From: Oscillospiraceae bacterium
Lineage (GTDB): Bacteria > Bacillota > Clostridia > Oscillospirales > CAG-272
Assembly: GCA_015065295.1 (NCBI GenBank)
Contig: SVQN01000004.1
Location: 3,047 to 67,046, forward strand
Length of the DNA stretch: 64,000 nucleotides
Reading direction: 5' to 3'
Shown here: piece after piece, positions 29,066 through 37,437 of the stretch
Layout: each line of letters starts with the position of its first letter
Numbering within the stretch: position 1 is the stretch's first letter
Translations under genes and position numbers: made by a program
Notes under the pieces: model-generated
What the model saw: only the letters and a program-made list of their open reading frames with translations
Database searches by the model: none
What the model was told of the DNA's origin: nothing

Positions 29066-30097
29066 ATGCAGAAATTTATCGTATCCAAAGACCCGGCGAT
29101 CTATGAAGCATGGCCGGATGTATGCCGCTGTGACAACGACCGGCTGATCTGCGTATTCAGCGAATGCACGCATCACGTCAACCGGGAACTGGCGCGGGTG
29201 ACCTACGTCATTTCCGACAACCGCGGTCGGACGTGGGGCGAAAAGCACTACCTGACCGAACCCGGAAAACGCGACTCGTTCTTCAACTGCGCCCGCATTT
29301 CCCGTTTTGCGGACGGTACGCTGGTGATCGTGTGCGACCTCATCAGCGATGGGGACGAAAACGGAAGAAATGTACAGGTATTCCTGTGGTTCAGCCGCGA
29401 CAACGGCGAAACGTGGTCGGAACCCGTGAAGACGGCCGCGAGCGGGATCGTTCCGGAACGTCTGACCGAACTTTCCTGCGGACGCTGGCTTCTGGCGGCG
29501 CACACGATGAATCCCGAAACGGGCAAACTGTGCCAGTATCTCTGGTACAGCGACGACCGCGGACAGACGTGGTCGGACCGCGTGACAGTCGCGGACGATC
29601 CGCGCTATAATCTCTGTGAAGCGGGACTTCTGGTCGTGGACGACGACACGATTGTCTGCTTCATGCGGGAAAATTCCATGCAGGGATGGGACGGCTTCAA
29701 GGCGATTTCCCATGACCGGGGCGAAACATGGGAAGGCGTGTACAACGTTCCCCTTCCGGGATGCCATCGTCCGACGGTGGGATGGCTCGCTGACGGAAAT
29801 GTCCTCGTGACCTATCGTTTCCTTCAGGGCGGCAGCGGCTTCTTCGGTGCATACCAGAACGTCATGGGTGCGCTGATCGACCGGGCAAGCGTTCTGGAAA
29901 CGGTTCGCAATCGCCAGACCGCGCGCATTTTCCCGCTGTCCTACGACCGCAATCTGCACTCCGACTGCGGCTACACCGGCTGGGTGCAGTTCGACGACGG
30001 CGAAATTCTGATCGTAAACTATCTGAAGGACGATGCTCCCAAGGCATGGATCGAAGCAATCTCGCTCCGTCCGGATGAGCTGCTGATTGTGAACTGA
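29066..30097 (+). CDS. BNR/Asp-box repeat beta-propeller protein (sialidase-like), no signal peptide
   Basis: 343 aa with four Asp-boxes: SDNRGRTW, SRDNGETW, SDDRGQTW, SHDRGETW. No FRIP motif seen. Confidence 0.75.
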   Translation: MQKFIVSKDPAIYEAWPDVCRCDNDRLICVFSECTHHVNRELARVTYVISDNRGRTWGEKHYLTEPGKRDSFFNCARISRFADGTLVIVCDLISDGDENGRNVQVFLWFSRDNGETWSEPVKTAASGIVPERLTELSCGRWLLAAHTMNPETGKLCQYLWYSDDRGQTWSDRVTVADDPRYNLCEAGLLVVDDDTIVCFMRENSMQGWDGFKAISHDRGETWEGVYNVPLPGCHRPTVGWLADGNVLVTYRFLQGGSGFFGAYQNVMGALIDRASVLETVRNRQTARIFPLSYDRNLHSDCGYTGWVQFDDGEILIVNYLKDDAPKAWIEAISLRPDELLIVN

Positions 30098-30140
30098 CCC
30101 GTCAGCCGGGCGGAATTTTGGTCAAATCCCGGATGACCGC

Positions 30141-30169
30141 TTGATTCTCCACCCGATCTGTGCTATAAT
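30141..30169 (+). promoter_or_regulatory. Putative nanA promoter
   Basis: TTGATT-17 nt-TATAAT. Confidence 0.55.
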
Positions 30170-30223
30170 GAAAAAAACACCGAATTCCATACAGAATTTC
30201 ACGATACTTTGGAGGATATCACC

Positions 30224-31102
30224 ATGAAAAGAATCGGCGGAGTTATTCCCGCAATTTTCACCCCGTTCGCAAAGGACGGCAGCGTCAACACCGAACAGCT
30301 CATCAAACTGGCGGAATTCAACCTCGCGCAGGGCGTTTCCGGCTTCTACGTCAACGGAAGCTCCGGCGAAGCGTTCCTTCTGTCCGATGAAGAACGCCGT
30401 CACGTTTACAAGACCGTGAAGGAAACCGTCGGCGACCGCGCAGCCTGCATCGCGCACGTTGGCTGCATTTCGACCGCACAGGCGATCGGCTTTGCCAAGT
30501 ATGCGGCAGAACTGAAGTACGACGCGGTTTCCGCGGTTGCTCCGTTCTACTACAAGTTCTCCGCGAAGGAAATCATGAAGTATTACTTCGACATCGTGGA
30601 TGCCTGCGGTATGCCGCTTCTGATTTACAACATTCCCGCGCTTTCCGGCGTGGAACTGTCCTTTGACGACATCTGCACGCTTCTGAAGGACGAACGCATC
30701 GTCGGGGTCAAGTACACCGCGTCCGACTTCTTCAAGATGCAGCGCATCAAGAACGCGTTCCCGGACAAGGTCATGCTCAACGGCTACGACGAAATGTTCG
30801 CGTGCGGCATGATGTCCGGTGCGGACGGCGGTATCGGCTCGACCTACAACTTCATGGCTGGCAAGTTCATCAAGATCATGGAACTCTTCGCAAAGAAGGA
30901 CATCGAAGGAATGCAGGCGATCCAGAACGACGCGAACCTCGTCATCGCGGAACTCCTGAAGTACGGCGTCATGCCCGGCTCCAAGGCAATCCTCGACACG
31001 TTCGGTCTCGACATGGGCGACAGCCGTCCTCCGTTCTCCGCTCTGACCGATGAACAGAAGAAGGCCCTGACCGACTATGTGGTGCCGCTGATTAAGAAAT
31101 AA
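30224..31102 (+). CDS. nanA: N-acetylneuraminate lyase (DapA/NanA family)
   Basis: GVIPAIFTPF...GFYVNGSSGEAFLLS...VGVKYT (Schiff-base Lys) closely parallels E. coli NanA. GGAGG lies 8 nt before ATG 30224; the track starts at TTG 30209. Confidence 0.85.
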   Translation: MKRIGGVIPAIFTPFAKDGSVNTEQLIKLAEFNLAQGVSGFYVNGSSGEAFLLSDEERRHVYKTVKETVGDRAACIAHVGCISTAQAIGFAKYAAELKYDAVSAVAPFYYKFSAKEIMKYYFDIVDACGMPLLIYNIPALSGVELSFDDICTLLKDERIVGVKYTASDFFKMQRIKNAFPDKVMLNGYDEMFACGMMSGADGGIGSTYNFMAGKFIKIMELFAKKDIEGMQAIQNDANLVIAELLKYGVMPGSKAILDTFGLDMGDSRPPFSALTDEQKKALTDYVVPLIKK

Positions 31103-31110
31103 AGTTTTTC

Positions 31111-31170
31111 GGGGAAAACCTTTTTAAGGAAAAGGTTTTCCCCGAACCCCTTTCCAAAACCTTTTTGAAC
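31111..31170 (+). repeat. Rep-1 copy C
   Basis: GGGGAAAACCTTTTTAAGGAAAAGGTTTTCCCC-GAA-CCCCTTTCCAAAACCTTTTTGAAC. Lies between nanA and the sialidase gene. Confidence 0.9.
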
Positions 31171-31189
31171 AGGGAGGAGATAGTATATT

Positions 31190-32179
31190 ATGAAAGTTTT
31201 GAATGACAGAGTGATTTACACGGCCGGGGAGAACGGGTTCTGTCACAACCGGATTCCGGGGATTGTGGTCTGTGCCGACGGGACGATGCTGGTTTATTAC
31301 GAATGCCGCATGGGACGGAACGACTGGTCGGTGTCCGAAATCGGGATGAAGAAATCCGTTGACGGCGGCAAGACGTGGTCGGAGGAGGTCTATATTGCCT
31401 CCGGCGAAGGCAAAAATACTGTCAACAATCCCGTGATGGCGGTGATGGAGGATGGTAAAATCGTGTTCGTGTGGCTGGAGAATTACAAGCGGCCGTTCTG
31501 CAAGTTCAGCTATGACAAGGGCGAAACGTGGACGGAGCGCGTGGAGATCATGGACGCGTTTGAAGAATTCCGACCGGACTATGCGTGGACGGTCGCGGCG
31601 ACGGGTCCCGGTCACGGTACGGTGACGAAGGACGGGCGGATCGTGCTGACGGTCTGGCTGACCTCGAACATTACCAACATTTTCGCGCACCATCCGAGCG
31701 TTGCGGCGACGATGGTCAGCGATGACGGCGGCGAAACGTGGCACCGCGGGGACATTCTGCCGATCACGGATGTTCCCGACCCGAACGAAGCGTGCATGGC
31801 GGAAACGTCGCGCGGACTGATTATGAACATCCGGAACGTGTCGGACAGACATCGCCGGTACATTGCGGTTAGCCCGGACGGAGCGACGGGATGGCACGAT
31901 CTGCACTTTGCGGAAAATCTGCCCGACCCGATCTGCGCGGCGGGCATGACGGCGAAGGACGACGTTCTGTATTTCTCGAACTGCGTATCGGAGGAAGGGC
32001 GCGTGAACGTATCGCTGTCCCGTTCGGCGGACTTCGGGGAAACGTGGGAACGTGTGCTGCTGAACGAAAGCGGCGGCTACAGCGATGTGTGCGTGAACCC
32101 CGTGACGGGAACGGCGTTTGTGGTATACGAATCGCAGCACGAAAACGAAATCCGCGTGGCGGAAGTGGAGATTGGCTAA
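31190..32179 (+). CDS. exo-alpha-sialidase (GH33-like), no signal peptide
   Basis: 329 aa with an RIP motif (HNRIPGIVV) and Asp-boxes SVDGGKTW, SYDKGETW, SDDGGETW, SADFGETW. The stop is inside Rep-2 copy P5. Confidence 0.85.
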   Translation: MKVLNDRVIYTAGENGFCHNRIPGIVVCADGTMLVYYECRMGRNDWSVSEIGMKKSVDGGKTWSEEVYIASGEGKNTVNNPVMAVMEDGKIVFVWLENYKRPFCKFSYDKGETWTERVEIMDAFEEFRPDYAWTVAATGPGHGTVTKDGRIVLTVWLTSNITNIFAHHPSVAATMVSDDGGETWHRGDILPITDVPDPNEACMAETSRGLIMNIRNVSDRHRRYIAVSPDGATGWHDLHFAENLPDPICAAGMTAKDDVLYFSNCVSEEGRVNVSLSRSADFGETWERVLLNESGGYSDVCVNPVTGTAFVVYESQHENEIRVAEVEIG

Positions 32180-32258
32180 GAGCTAAGGACTAAGAGTGAA
32201 TGACTAAGGCTGAACCTGCCGTCTGTCAGAGGACGGGGAGTTCAGCCTTGTTTTTTTT
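32174..32258 (+). repeat. Rep-2 copy P5 (left arm + short terminator hairpin variant)
   Basis: GGCTAAGAGCTAAGGACTAAGAGTGAATGACTAAGGCTGAAC...GTTCAGCCTT followed by G and T8. Confidence 0.85.
32206..32258 (+). terminator. Terminator of the sialidase gene (inside Rep-2 P5)
   Basis: AAGGCTGAAC...(inner CCGTC/GACGG)...GTTCAGCCTT followed by G and T8. Confidence 0.8.
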
Positions 32259-32270
32259 GCGGCAGAAATT

Positions 32271-32723
32271 TTATGGTTCAATTCGTTTCCCGCGCCGGTA
32301 AACCGCATGAGTGTAGTAGTCGAGCGACATTACAATTTCGTATCCTTGAATATTTGCGAAAAAAGTAATGTCATCTGCCAGACAGAGGATATCTTTCAGA
32401 AATCCCATACATCCGGCACTGTTGAAATAATAATTGACGGATAGATGGCTTTGTGTCTGTTTGATTTTGATATCCAATTCATACATTTCAGAAATTTCTA
32501 TCGCCGTGTTTTTGAAATGTTCTGCCGTTTTTTCACGTTCCGGCAGCGGTACATATTCGGTTTCATTACACAGAATATTCCAAAATTCATCGAATGTCAA
32601 AAGTTTTCCGGTGTTTGCAGGACTTCCTGCGACAGCCGGAACTTGTTCACATTTATCGAGGATTTCCTGTGGATATGTTTTTTCGTATATCACTTTTTCC
32701 ATAAAAATTTTTTCGTCGGCCAT
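32271..32723 (-). CDS. hypothetical protein
   Basis: 150 aa from ATG 32723 (GGAG RBS). AT-rich relative to the window. No recognisable motif. Confidence 0.5.
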   Translation of the reverse strand: MADEKIFMEKVIYEKTYPQEILDKCEQVPAVAGSPANTGKLLTFDEFWNILCNETEYVPLPEREKTAEHFKNTAIEISEMYELDIKIKQTQSHLSVNYYFNSAGCMGFLKDILCLADDITFFANIQGYEIVMSLDYYTHAVYRRGKRIEP

Positions 32724-32921
32724 AATAACTCCTGTATATTGATTGAGAAGCAAGACGCGTTATTGACGGCTCAGAACCTTCCCTTTGGTGAGTTATTATA
32801 ACATATATTTTTGAATAAATCAACTCTAATAGAATTGATTTATTCCTTGTGGATGGTTCATACGTTTTCGAATGATATTTATACTATCAGAGTAAGTAAC
32901 ACGCTGATAGGAGTGATTGCG

Positions 32922-33257
32922 ATGAAACTGGAATCCATTGGCAAAAATATCCGCAAGTACCGGAAGATGAAAAAACTTCGGCAGGAAGACCTTGCGGAAA
33001 AATCGGGACTGAGTACGAACTATCTCGGTGCAATCGAACGGGGAGAGAAAATCCCGGCTCTTGAAACATTGATCGGGATTATCAACGCGCTCGGTGTGTC
33101 CGCCGATATGATCCTTGCGGATGTGATTGATACCGGATATACGGTCAAAGATTCGCTGCTGGCAGAAAAACTGGACAAGATTTCTGCGGAAGATCGTGCG
33201 AAGATATACGACGTAATTGATACGATGCTTCGGCATTCCACGCAGATAAAGCCTTGA
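32922..33257 (+). CDS. XRE-family HTH transcriptional regulator
   Basis: 111 aa from ATG 32922 (AGGAGTG RBS): IRKYRKMKKLRQEDLAEKSGLSTNYLGAIERGEKIPALETL. Confidence 0.85.
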   Translation: MKLESIGKNIRKYRKMKKLRQEDLAEKSGLSTNYLGAIERGEKIPALETLIGIINALGVSADMILADVIDTGYTVKDSLLAEKLDKISAEDRAKIYDVIDTMLRHSTQIKP

Positions 33258-33260
33258 ATA

Positions 33261-33309
33261 ACAGACAGAGCTCATCGAAGCCTTTGAGCGGTTTCGATGA
33301 GCTCTGTCT
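33261..33309. other. 17-bp-stem hairpin between convergent XRE genes (no U-tract)
   Basis: ACAGACAGAGCTCATCGAA-13 nt-TTCGATGAGCTCTGTCT. Confidence 0.6.
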
Positions 33310-33320
33310 ATATTGTAAAG

Positions 33321-34421
33321 TTATTCCCACAATCCCACGTCTTTTTTCGACTTCATCGCCGACATGAGCCGGGATACGCAGTCTTCGTACCATTCTTCTC
33401 CCGCAAATCCCGCGAACGGCTCGGATTTCAGATGATTCAGAACTCCACGGCAGGCGAGACCGTCCAGAGAGGTACTGATGGAACCGAAGTAGCCTTTCAT
33501 GAAACCGATATCCGCGATGTCAAACGAAGGATTTTCGTCAAACCGTACCGCATGGGCGACCGCTTTTTCGATCGCTTCCTTCATTTCCTTGAAATCTCCG
33601 TCACGGTTGCAAATCGCTTCCGCAAGGTCCATGTGATCGCACGCGGAAAGGTAATCGAAATAGCTTGCTTTTTCGGTTTCTGTGAACATTTCCCGGAAAT
33701 CGGCACACAGCTTTGTGAGCCGGAATCTGGTTTCCGCGTCTCCGTCGTGTTCGCAGCATTTGCCGAGACGGTCGGTAAGCAGTGCGAATTCAAACGCCGT
33801 GTGGAACAGCTTGCTGTACAGGCGGATTTTTGCGCCATCGTATTTCCCAAGCCGCATTTCGTAATCGGCCGCCTGAATGTCGTACATACTGTCGTCGAGA
33901 TAGGACAATGCCTTTTCGTATTCGCCGATACAGCCGTAGGTGAAGGAAATTTTCTGTTTCAGGTCACGGTCTTCTCCCTGATCGGTCATCCAGCAGCCGA
34001 GCTTCCGTGCCTTTTCGAGATGTTCGACAGCGCGCAGACCCGTTTCACGCTCTCGGCTGTTGGAAGCCTTTGCGGAGAGCAGACTGCCGAGACCGAGATG
34101 GAGATTGCCGTCGTTCGGATAGCGGAGGAGGGCTTCTTCATAGACGGGAATGCCCGCATTGTAGTCGAGATGGCGGAGGTATTGGTTATCCCAGCGGCAC
34201 AGGTCTTCAATCTCGTCCGGACGAAGCGCAAACCCCATCAGGAAGTCGATGGAAACTTCCAGAAATTCCGCGATTTTCGGGAGGAGAGTGATGTCCGGCA
34301 GACTGGCTTCGGTTTCCCATTTGCTGACGGCGGCGGTCGATACACCGGTGTAGGCGGCAAGGTCTTCCTGCGTCGCACCTTTGCGGCGGCGGTATTCATT
34401 GATTTTCGTTCCGATGTTCAT
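33321..34421 (-). CDS. XRE HTH regulator with long TPR-like helical C-terminal domain (RRNPP-like architecture)
   Basis: 366 aa from ATG 34421 (AAAGGAG RBS). The HTH is INEYRRRKGATQEDLAAYTGVSTAAVSKWETEASLP. The remaining ~300 aa is helical-repeat-like. Confidence 0.75.
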   Translation of the reverse strand: MNIGTKINEYRRRKGATQEDLAAYTGVSTAAVSKWETEASLPDITLLPKIAEFLEVSIDFLMGFALRPDEIEDLCRWDNQYLRHLDYNAGIPVYEEALLRYPNDGNLHLGLGSLLSAKASNSRERETGLRAVEHLEKARKLGCWMTDQGEDRDLKQKISFTYGCIGEYEKALSYLDDSMYDIQAADYEMRLGKYDGAKIRLYSKLFHTAFEFALLTDRLGKCCEHDGDAETRFRLTKLCADFREMFTETEKASYFDYLSACDHMDLAEAICNRDGDFKEMKEAIEKAVAHAVRFDENPSFDIADIGFMKGYFGSISTSLDGLACRGVLNHLKSEPFAGFAGEEWYEDCVSRLMSAMKSKKDVGLWE

Positions 34422-34488
34422 GATGGTCTCCTTTTGTTGAAGATGGAATTCCGGATTCATGAATCTCTTTTGTTCAGCTGATGGCTAT

Positions 34489-34517
34489 AGTATACCGGAA
34501 ACCGGACGAAAATGCAA
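34489..34517 (-). promoter_or_regulatory. Putative promoter of the XRE-TPR regulator
   Basis: Minus strand: TTGCAT-17 nt-TATACT. Confidence 0.5.
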
Positions 34518-34566
34518 TGGAGGCGGATTCGACTTCGGTTGAATCAGAAGTTAACCAGTAGTTGAA

Positions 34567-35301
34567 TCATCGTTTTCTCACATAAATACTCACCGAATAC
34601 AGAATCGCACTGCTTTCTTCCATTCCCATGAACTTTTCCACAGCAAATCCCGCGCGTTCCATTTCAGTGCAGTACCCCTCGCGGTTTCTCGCACGTGCGG
34701 GAACGCAGGGAATCCAGACTTCCTTTCCGTCTGCACCGTCCCTGTATGACCGCAGCTGCGGCGTGGTGTAGTCGTCGCCGGTAATTTCCTTCCAGTGGTC
34801 GAACGATTCCACGACACCCGTGTAGGCGTTGTCCCGGTAGGATTCCCGGAAAAACAGCATCGGCGCACCCGGTTTCAGAACGGTGTTGGCATTCGCAAGA
34901 TACGCGTCCCGGTCGGCATCGGTCAGGATCATGTGGAACCCCATGCAGTCGAGAGCCGCGTCGAACGTTTCCGGCAGACCCGCACGTTCCTTCACCATAT
35001 CCAGCCGTTCCACCCGCGCATCCGGAAAGTCCCGCAGACGTTCCCGCGCCTTTTCGATTGCCGACGGGGCAATATCGAACCCGCGGTACCGCACGCCGAG
35101 CTTCGACAGGATTACCCCCGCCGCACCTTCGCCGCACGCGAATTCCACCACGGTTTTTCCGGCGAGGTCGTTTTCCTCCACCCATTCAGCGAGCGTGCGG
35201 ACAAGAGTTTCGTCATCGGGGGAATGTCCCCAGAGTTCGATCCCGGCTTCAAACACGCGGCGGTACCGGTCTTCGTACGCCAGATAATACGGTTTGTTCA
35301 T
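34567..35301 (-). CDS. class I SAM-dependent methyltransferase
   Basis: 244 aa from ATG 35301 (AAGGTGG RBS). Motif I VVEFACGEGAAG. Confidence 0.75.
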   Translation of the reverse strand: MNKPYYLAYEDRYRRVFEAGIELWGHSPDDETLVRTLAEWVEENDLAGKTVVEFACGEGAAGVILSKLGVRYRGFDIAPSAIEKARERLRDFPDARVERLDMVKERAGLPETFDAALDCMGFHMILTDADRDAYLANANTVLKPGAPMLFFRESYRDNAYTGVVESFDHWKEITGDDYTTPQLRSYRDGADGKEVWIPCVPARARNREGYCTEMERAGFAVEKFMGMEESSAILYSVSIYVRKR

Positions 35302-35398
35302 GAATAACACCACCTTTATATGAAGATTTCTTTGTTGGATTGTCAGTATATCATAAAATGCAGAAAAAATCAACGCCGGAAATCATCTTAAAATAGCA

Positions 35399-35427
35399 TT
35401 GAAAAAACGGTCGTATTCTGCTATAAT
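35399..35427 (+). promoter_or_regulatory. Putative MFS promoter
   Basis: TTGAAA-17 nt-TATAAT. It gives a ~110-nt leader containing Rep-1 D. Confidence 0.55.
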
Positions 35428-35472
35428 AAGCCTTACGCGAAATTAAGGAAAACCTTAATCCCGACCCATTTT

Positions 35473-35528
35473 AAAAAGGTTTTTGGAAAGGGTTCGGGAA
35501 AACCTTTTTCCTTAAAAAAGGTTTTCCC
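35473..35528 (-). repeat. Rep-1 copy D
   Basis: AAAAAGGTTTTTGGAAAGGGTTCGGGAAAACCTTTTTCCTTAAAAAAGGTTTTCCC. Lies in the 5' leader of the MFS gene. Confidence 0.85.
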
Positions 35529-35541
35529 GAGAAAAATCATC

Positions 35542-36852
35542 ATGTTCAAAGCAAAATCCGAATTTGAAAAGAACTCGTGGCTGCTGGTTGCTTACTGCTG
35601 GCTCGCGTATGCCACCAATTACATCGGACGGAAGAATCTGTCCGTATGTCTCGCCGACATGATCGCCGAAGGAGTTACCGACAATGTCTCCGGCGGTACG
35701 ATCGGCACCTGCTTCATGCTCTGCTATGCCATCGGGCAGTTCACCAACGGCTGGCTCGGCGACCGCTTCCATCCCCGCTATATGGTCTGTACCGGGCTTC
35801 TCTGTTCCGGTCTTATGAATGTGTTTATGGGACTGAACTCCAATAACTTCCTGTTCATGATCATCTGGGCGGTCTGCGGGTTCTCCTGCTCGCTGCTCTG
35901 GTCCCCGATCATCCGCGCGGTCTCCACATGGACGACGGACGAGATCAGCCATGCGGCGGCAGCCAGCCTGTCCGCGACCATCCCGATCGGTACGATCTGC
36001 TGCTACCTCATCTGCGCGGCCGGTCTGAAGTTCTTCAGCTGGCGCGTGTCCTTCATGATGTGCGGCGCGGTGCTGATCGTCATGGCGGTCATTCTGCACA
36101 TCTGCTTCGGTACGATCAAAAATCACATGACCGAAGAAAACGCGAAGGCTCCCGTTCATCACGACAAGGCGCACCAGACTTCCGCACAGGCGAACATCAA
36201 GGTGTTCTGCGCCGGTCTGGTCTTTGCCGCTGTCGGCATTCTCTTCAACGGCATGATCAAGGACGGTCTCGACCTTTGGATCCCGACGGTTCTCGGCGAC
36301 AAGTTCATCCCGTCCTCGTCGGTTGTATCGCTGATCTGCACGATTCTTCCGCTGCTGAACATCTTCGGCGCGTATGCGGCGCGCGATGTGTTCCACCGCT
36401 TCAAAATTGACGAGCTGACGACGTGCAGCGTCATGTTTGCGGTCAGCACGATCTCTCTGGCGATCGTGACGGTGTTCATCCACATCATTCCCGCAAAAAC
36501 GGCGGAAGCGGTCATCGGTGCGGGCGATGTGATTCTGGCAATTTTCATCACGCTTCTTCTCGCGCTGTCGAGTGCATCCATGCTCGGCGCAAATACGATG
36601 CTCCTGACGTTCATCCCGCTGCACTTCGGCAAAGTCGGACGTGCGTCCACGGTAACGGGGATGCTGAACTGCTTCTCCTATGCGGCGGCAGCGGTATCGA
36701 GCATTGCGATCGGCTCTATTTCGGAAGTGTTCAGCTGGGAAGTAGTGTTCTGCGTGTTCATCGGTGCGGCGTTCGCGGGAGCGGCGGTCTGCTTCGCGGG
36801 ACACAAACAGCTCAAGCGGAAAACCGATGAGCTGGACGCGTATCATGGCTAA
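35542..36852 (+). CDS. MFS transporter
   Basis: 436 aa, ~12 TM segments, MFS loop motif GWLGDRF. The stop TAA is inside Rep-2 copy P6. Confidence 0.85.
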   Translation: MFKAKSEFEKNSWLLVAYCWLAYATNYIGRKNLSVCLADMIAEGVTDNVSGGTIGTCFMLCYAIGQFTNGWLGDRFHPRYMVCTGLLCSGLMNVFMGLNSNNFLFMIIWAVCGFSCSLLWSPIIRAVSTWTTDEISHAAAASLSATIPIGTICCYLICAAGLKFFSWRVSFMMCGAVLIVMAVILHICFGTIKNHMTEENAKAPVHHDKAHQTSAQANIKVFCAGLVFAAVGILFNGMIKDGLDLWIPTVLGDKFIPSSSVVSLICTILPLLNIFGAYAARDVFHRFKIDELTTCSVMFAVSTISLAIVTVFIHIIPAKTAEAVIGAGDVILAIFITLLLALSSASMLGANTMLLTFIPLHFGKVGRASTVTGMLNCFSYAAAAVSSIAIGSISEVFSWEVVFCVFIGAAFAGAAVCFAGHKQLKRKTDELDAYHG

Positions 36853-36931
36853 GGGCTAAGGACTAAGGGTGAATGACTGAGGCTGAATTTCCTGTCAGGC
36901 TGACAGACGGGAATTTCAGCCTTGATTTTTT
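36847..36931 (+). repeat. Rep-2 copy P6 (left arm + short terminator hairpin variant)
   Basis: GGCTAAGGGCTAAGGACTAAGGGTGAATGACTGAGGCTGAATTTCC...GGGAATTTCAGCC followed by TTGATTTTTT. Confidence 0.85.
36881..36931 (+). terminator. Terminator of the MFS gene (inside Rep-2 P6)
   Basis: GGCTGAATTTCC...GGGAATTTCAGCC (12 bp, 1 mismatch) followed by TTGATTTTTT. Confidence 0.75.
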
Positions 36932-37045
36932 GATCCTGAGGATTAATTTTTTGGAGATTGTAAAGCATAACATTGACATTTGATTTACAATATGATTGAG
37001 GATTGACTACAACGATTTTGAAAATATGCAATACAGAGCGGAATC

Positions 37046-37189
37046 ATTCGTAGGGACACGGCGTGCCGTGTCCGTCTATCAATTTGGACAAACGATATTT
37101 CGTTGGATATCCATCCAAACCGGATGTTTTATAGAAATATGCTCTGGTCAAATTGTTTGGCGGACACGGCACGCCGTGTCCCTACGAAT
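37046..37189. repeat. Perfect 29-bp inverted repeat pair flanking an 86-bp AT-rich core
   Basis: ATTCGTAGGGACACGGCGTGCCGTGTCCG (37046-37074) is the exact reverse complement of 37161-37189. Each arm is itself a hairpin (GGACACGGC/GCCGTGTCC). Confidence 0.9.
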
Positions 37190-37226
37190 CGCCATTTTGG
37201 GCTTTGCATCTTTTTTGGAAATTATG

Positions 37227-37352
37227 GTAAGGGCTAAGGACGAAGGGTGAATAACTATGTCAAACTTTATGTCTGTTGGACTTCCCGAAGGGAAGGTCCG
37301 TTTGACGGGCGATTTGACTTAGTTATTCACTCTTAGTTTTTAGCTCTTAGTC
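37227..37352. repeat. Rep-2 copy P7
   Basis: GGTAAGGGCTAAGGACGAAGGGTGAATAACTATGTCAAA...TTTGACTTAGTTATTCACTCTTAGTTTTTAGCTCTTAGTC. This is the only copy not adjacent to a stop codon. Confidence 0.85.
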
Positions 37353-37363
37353 AATTTTTTCTC

Positions 37364-37392
37364 TTGACCTTCCTTCCAATTTAATGTATAAT
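37364..37392 (+). promoter_or_regulatory. Putative promoter of the DUF512-der-plsY operon
   Basis: TTGACC-17 nt-TATAAT. Confidence 0.55.
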
Positions 37393-37437
37393 ATAAATTG
37401 TATCATTATGTTTTTTATTAAATCGGATGGATAAACT

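Noticed and set aside
34422-34566. A small signalling-peptide ORF next to the XRE-TPR regulator. The candidate is MQWRRIRLRLNQKLTS at about 34512.
   Set aside because: It has no RBS, overlaps the regulator's -35 region, and is highly basic rather than a secreted propeptide-like sequence.
37075-37160. An invertible promoter switch between the perfect 29-bp inverted repeats.
   Set aside because: No good -35/-10 pair with proper spacing occurs in either orientation of the 86-bp core. No site-specific recombinase gene is nearby.
36996-37250. An 84-aa ORF spanning the 29-bp IR unit.
   Set aside because: It is composed of repeat sequence, has no RBS and has atypical composition. It is almost certainly spurious.
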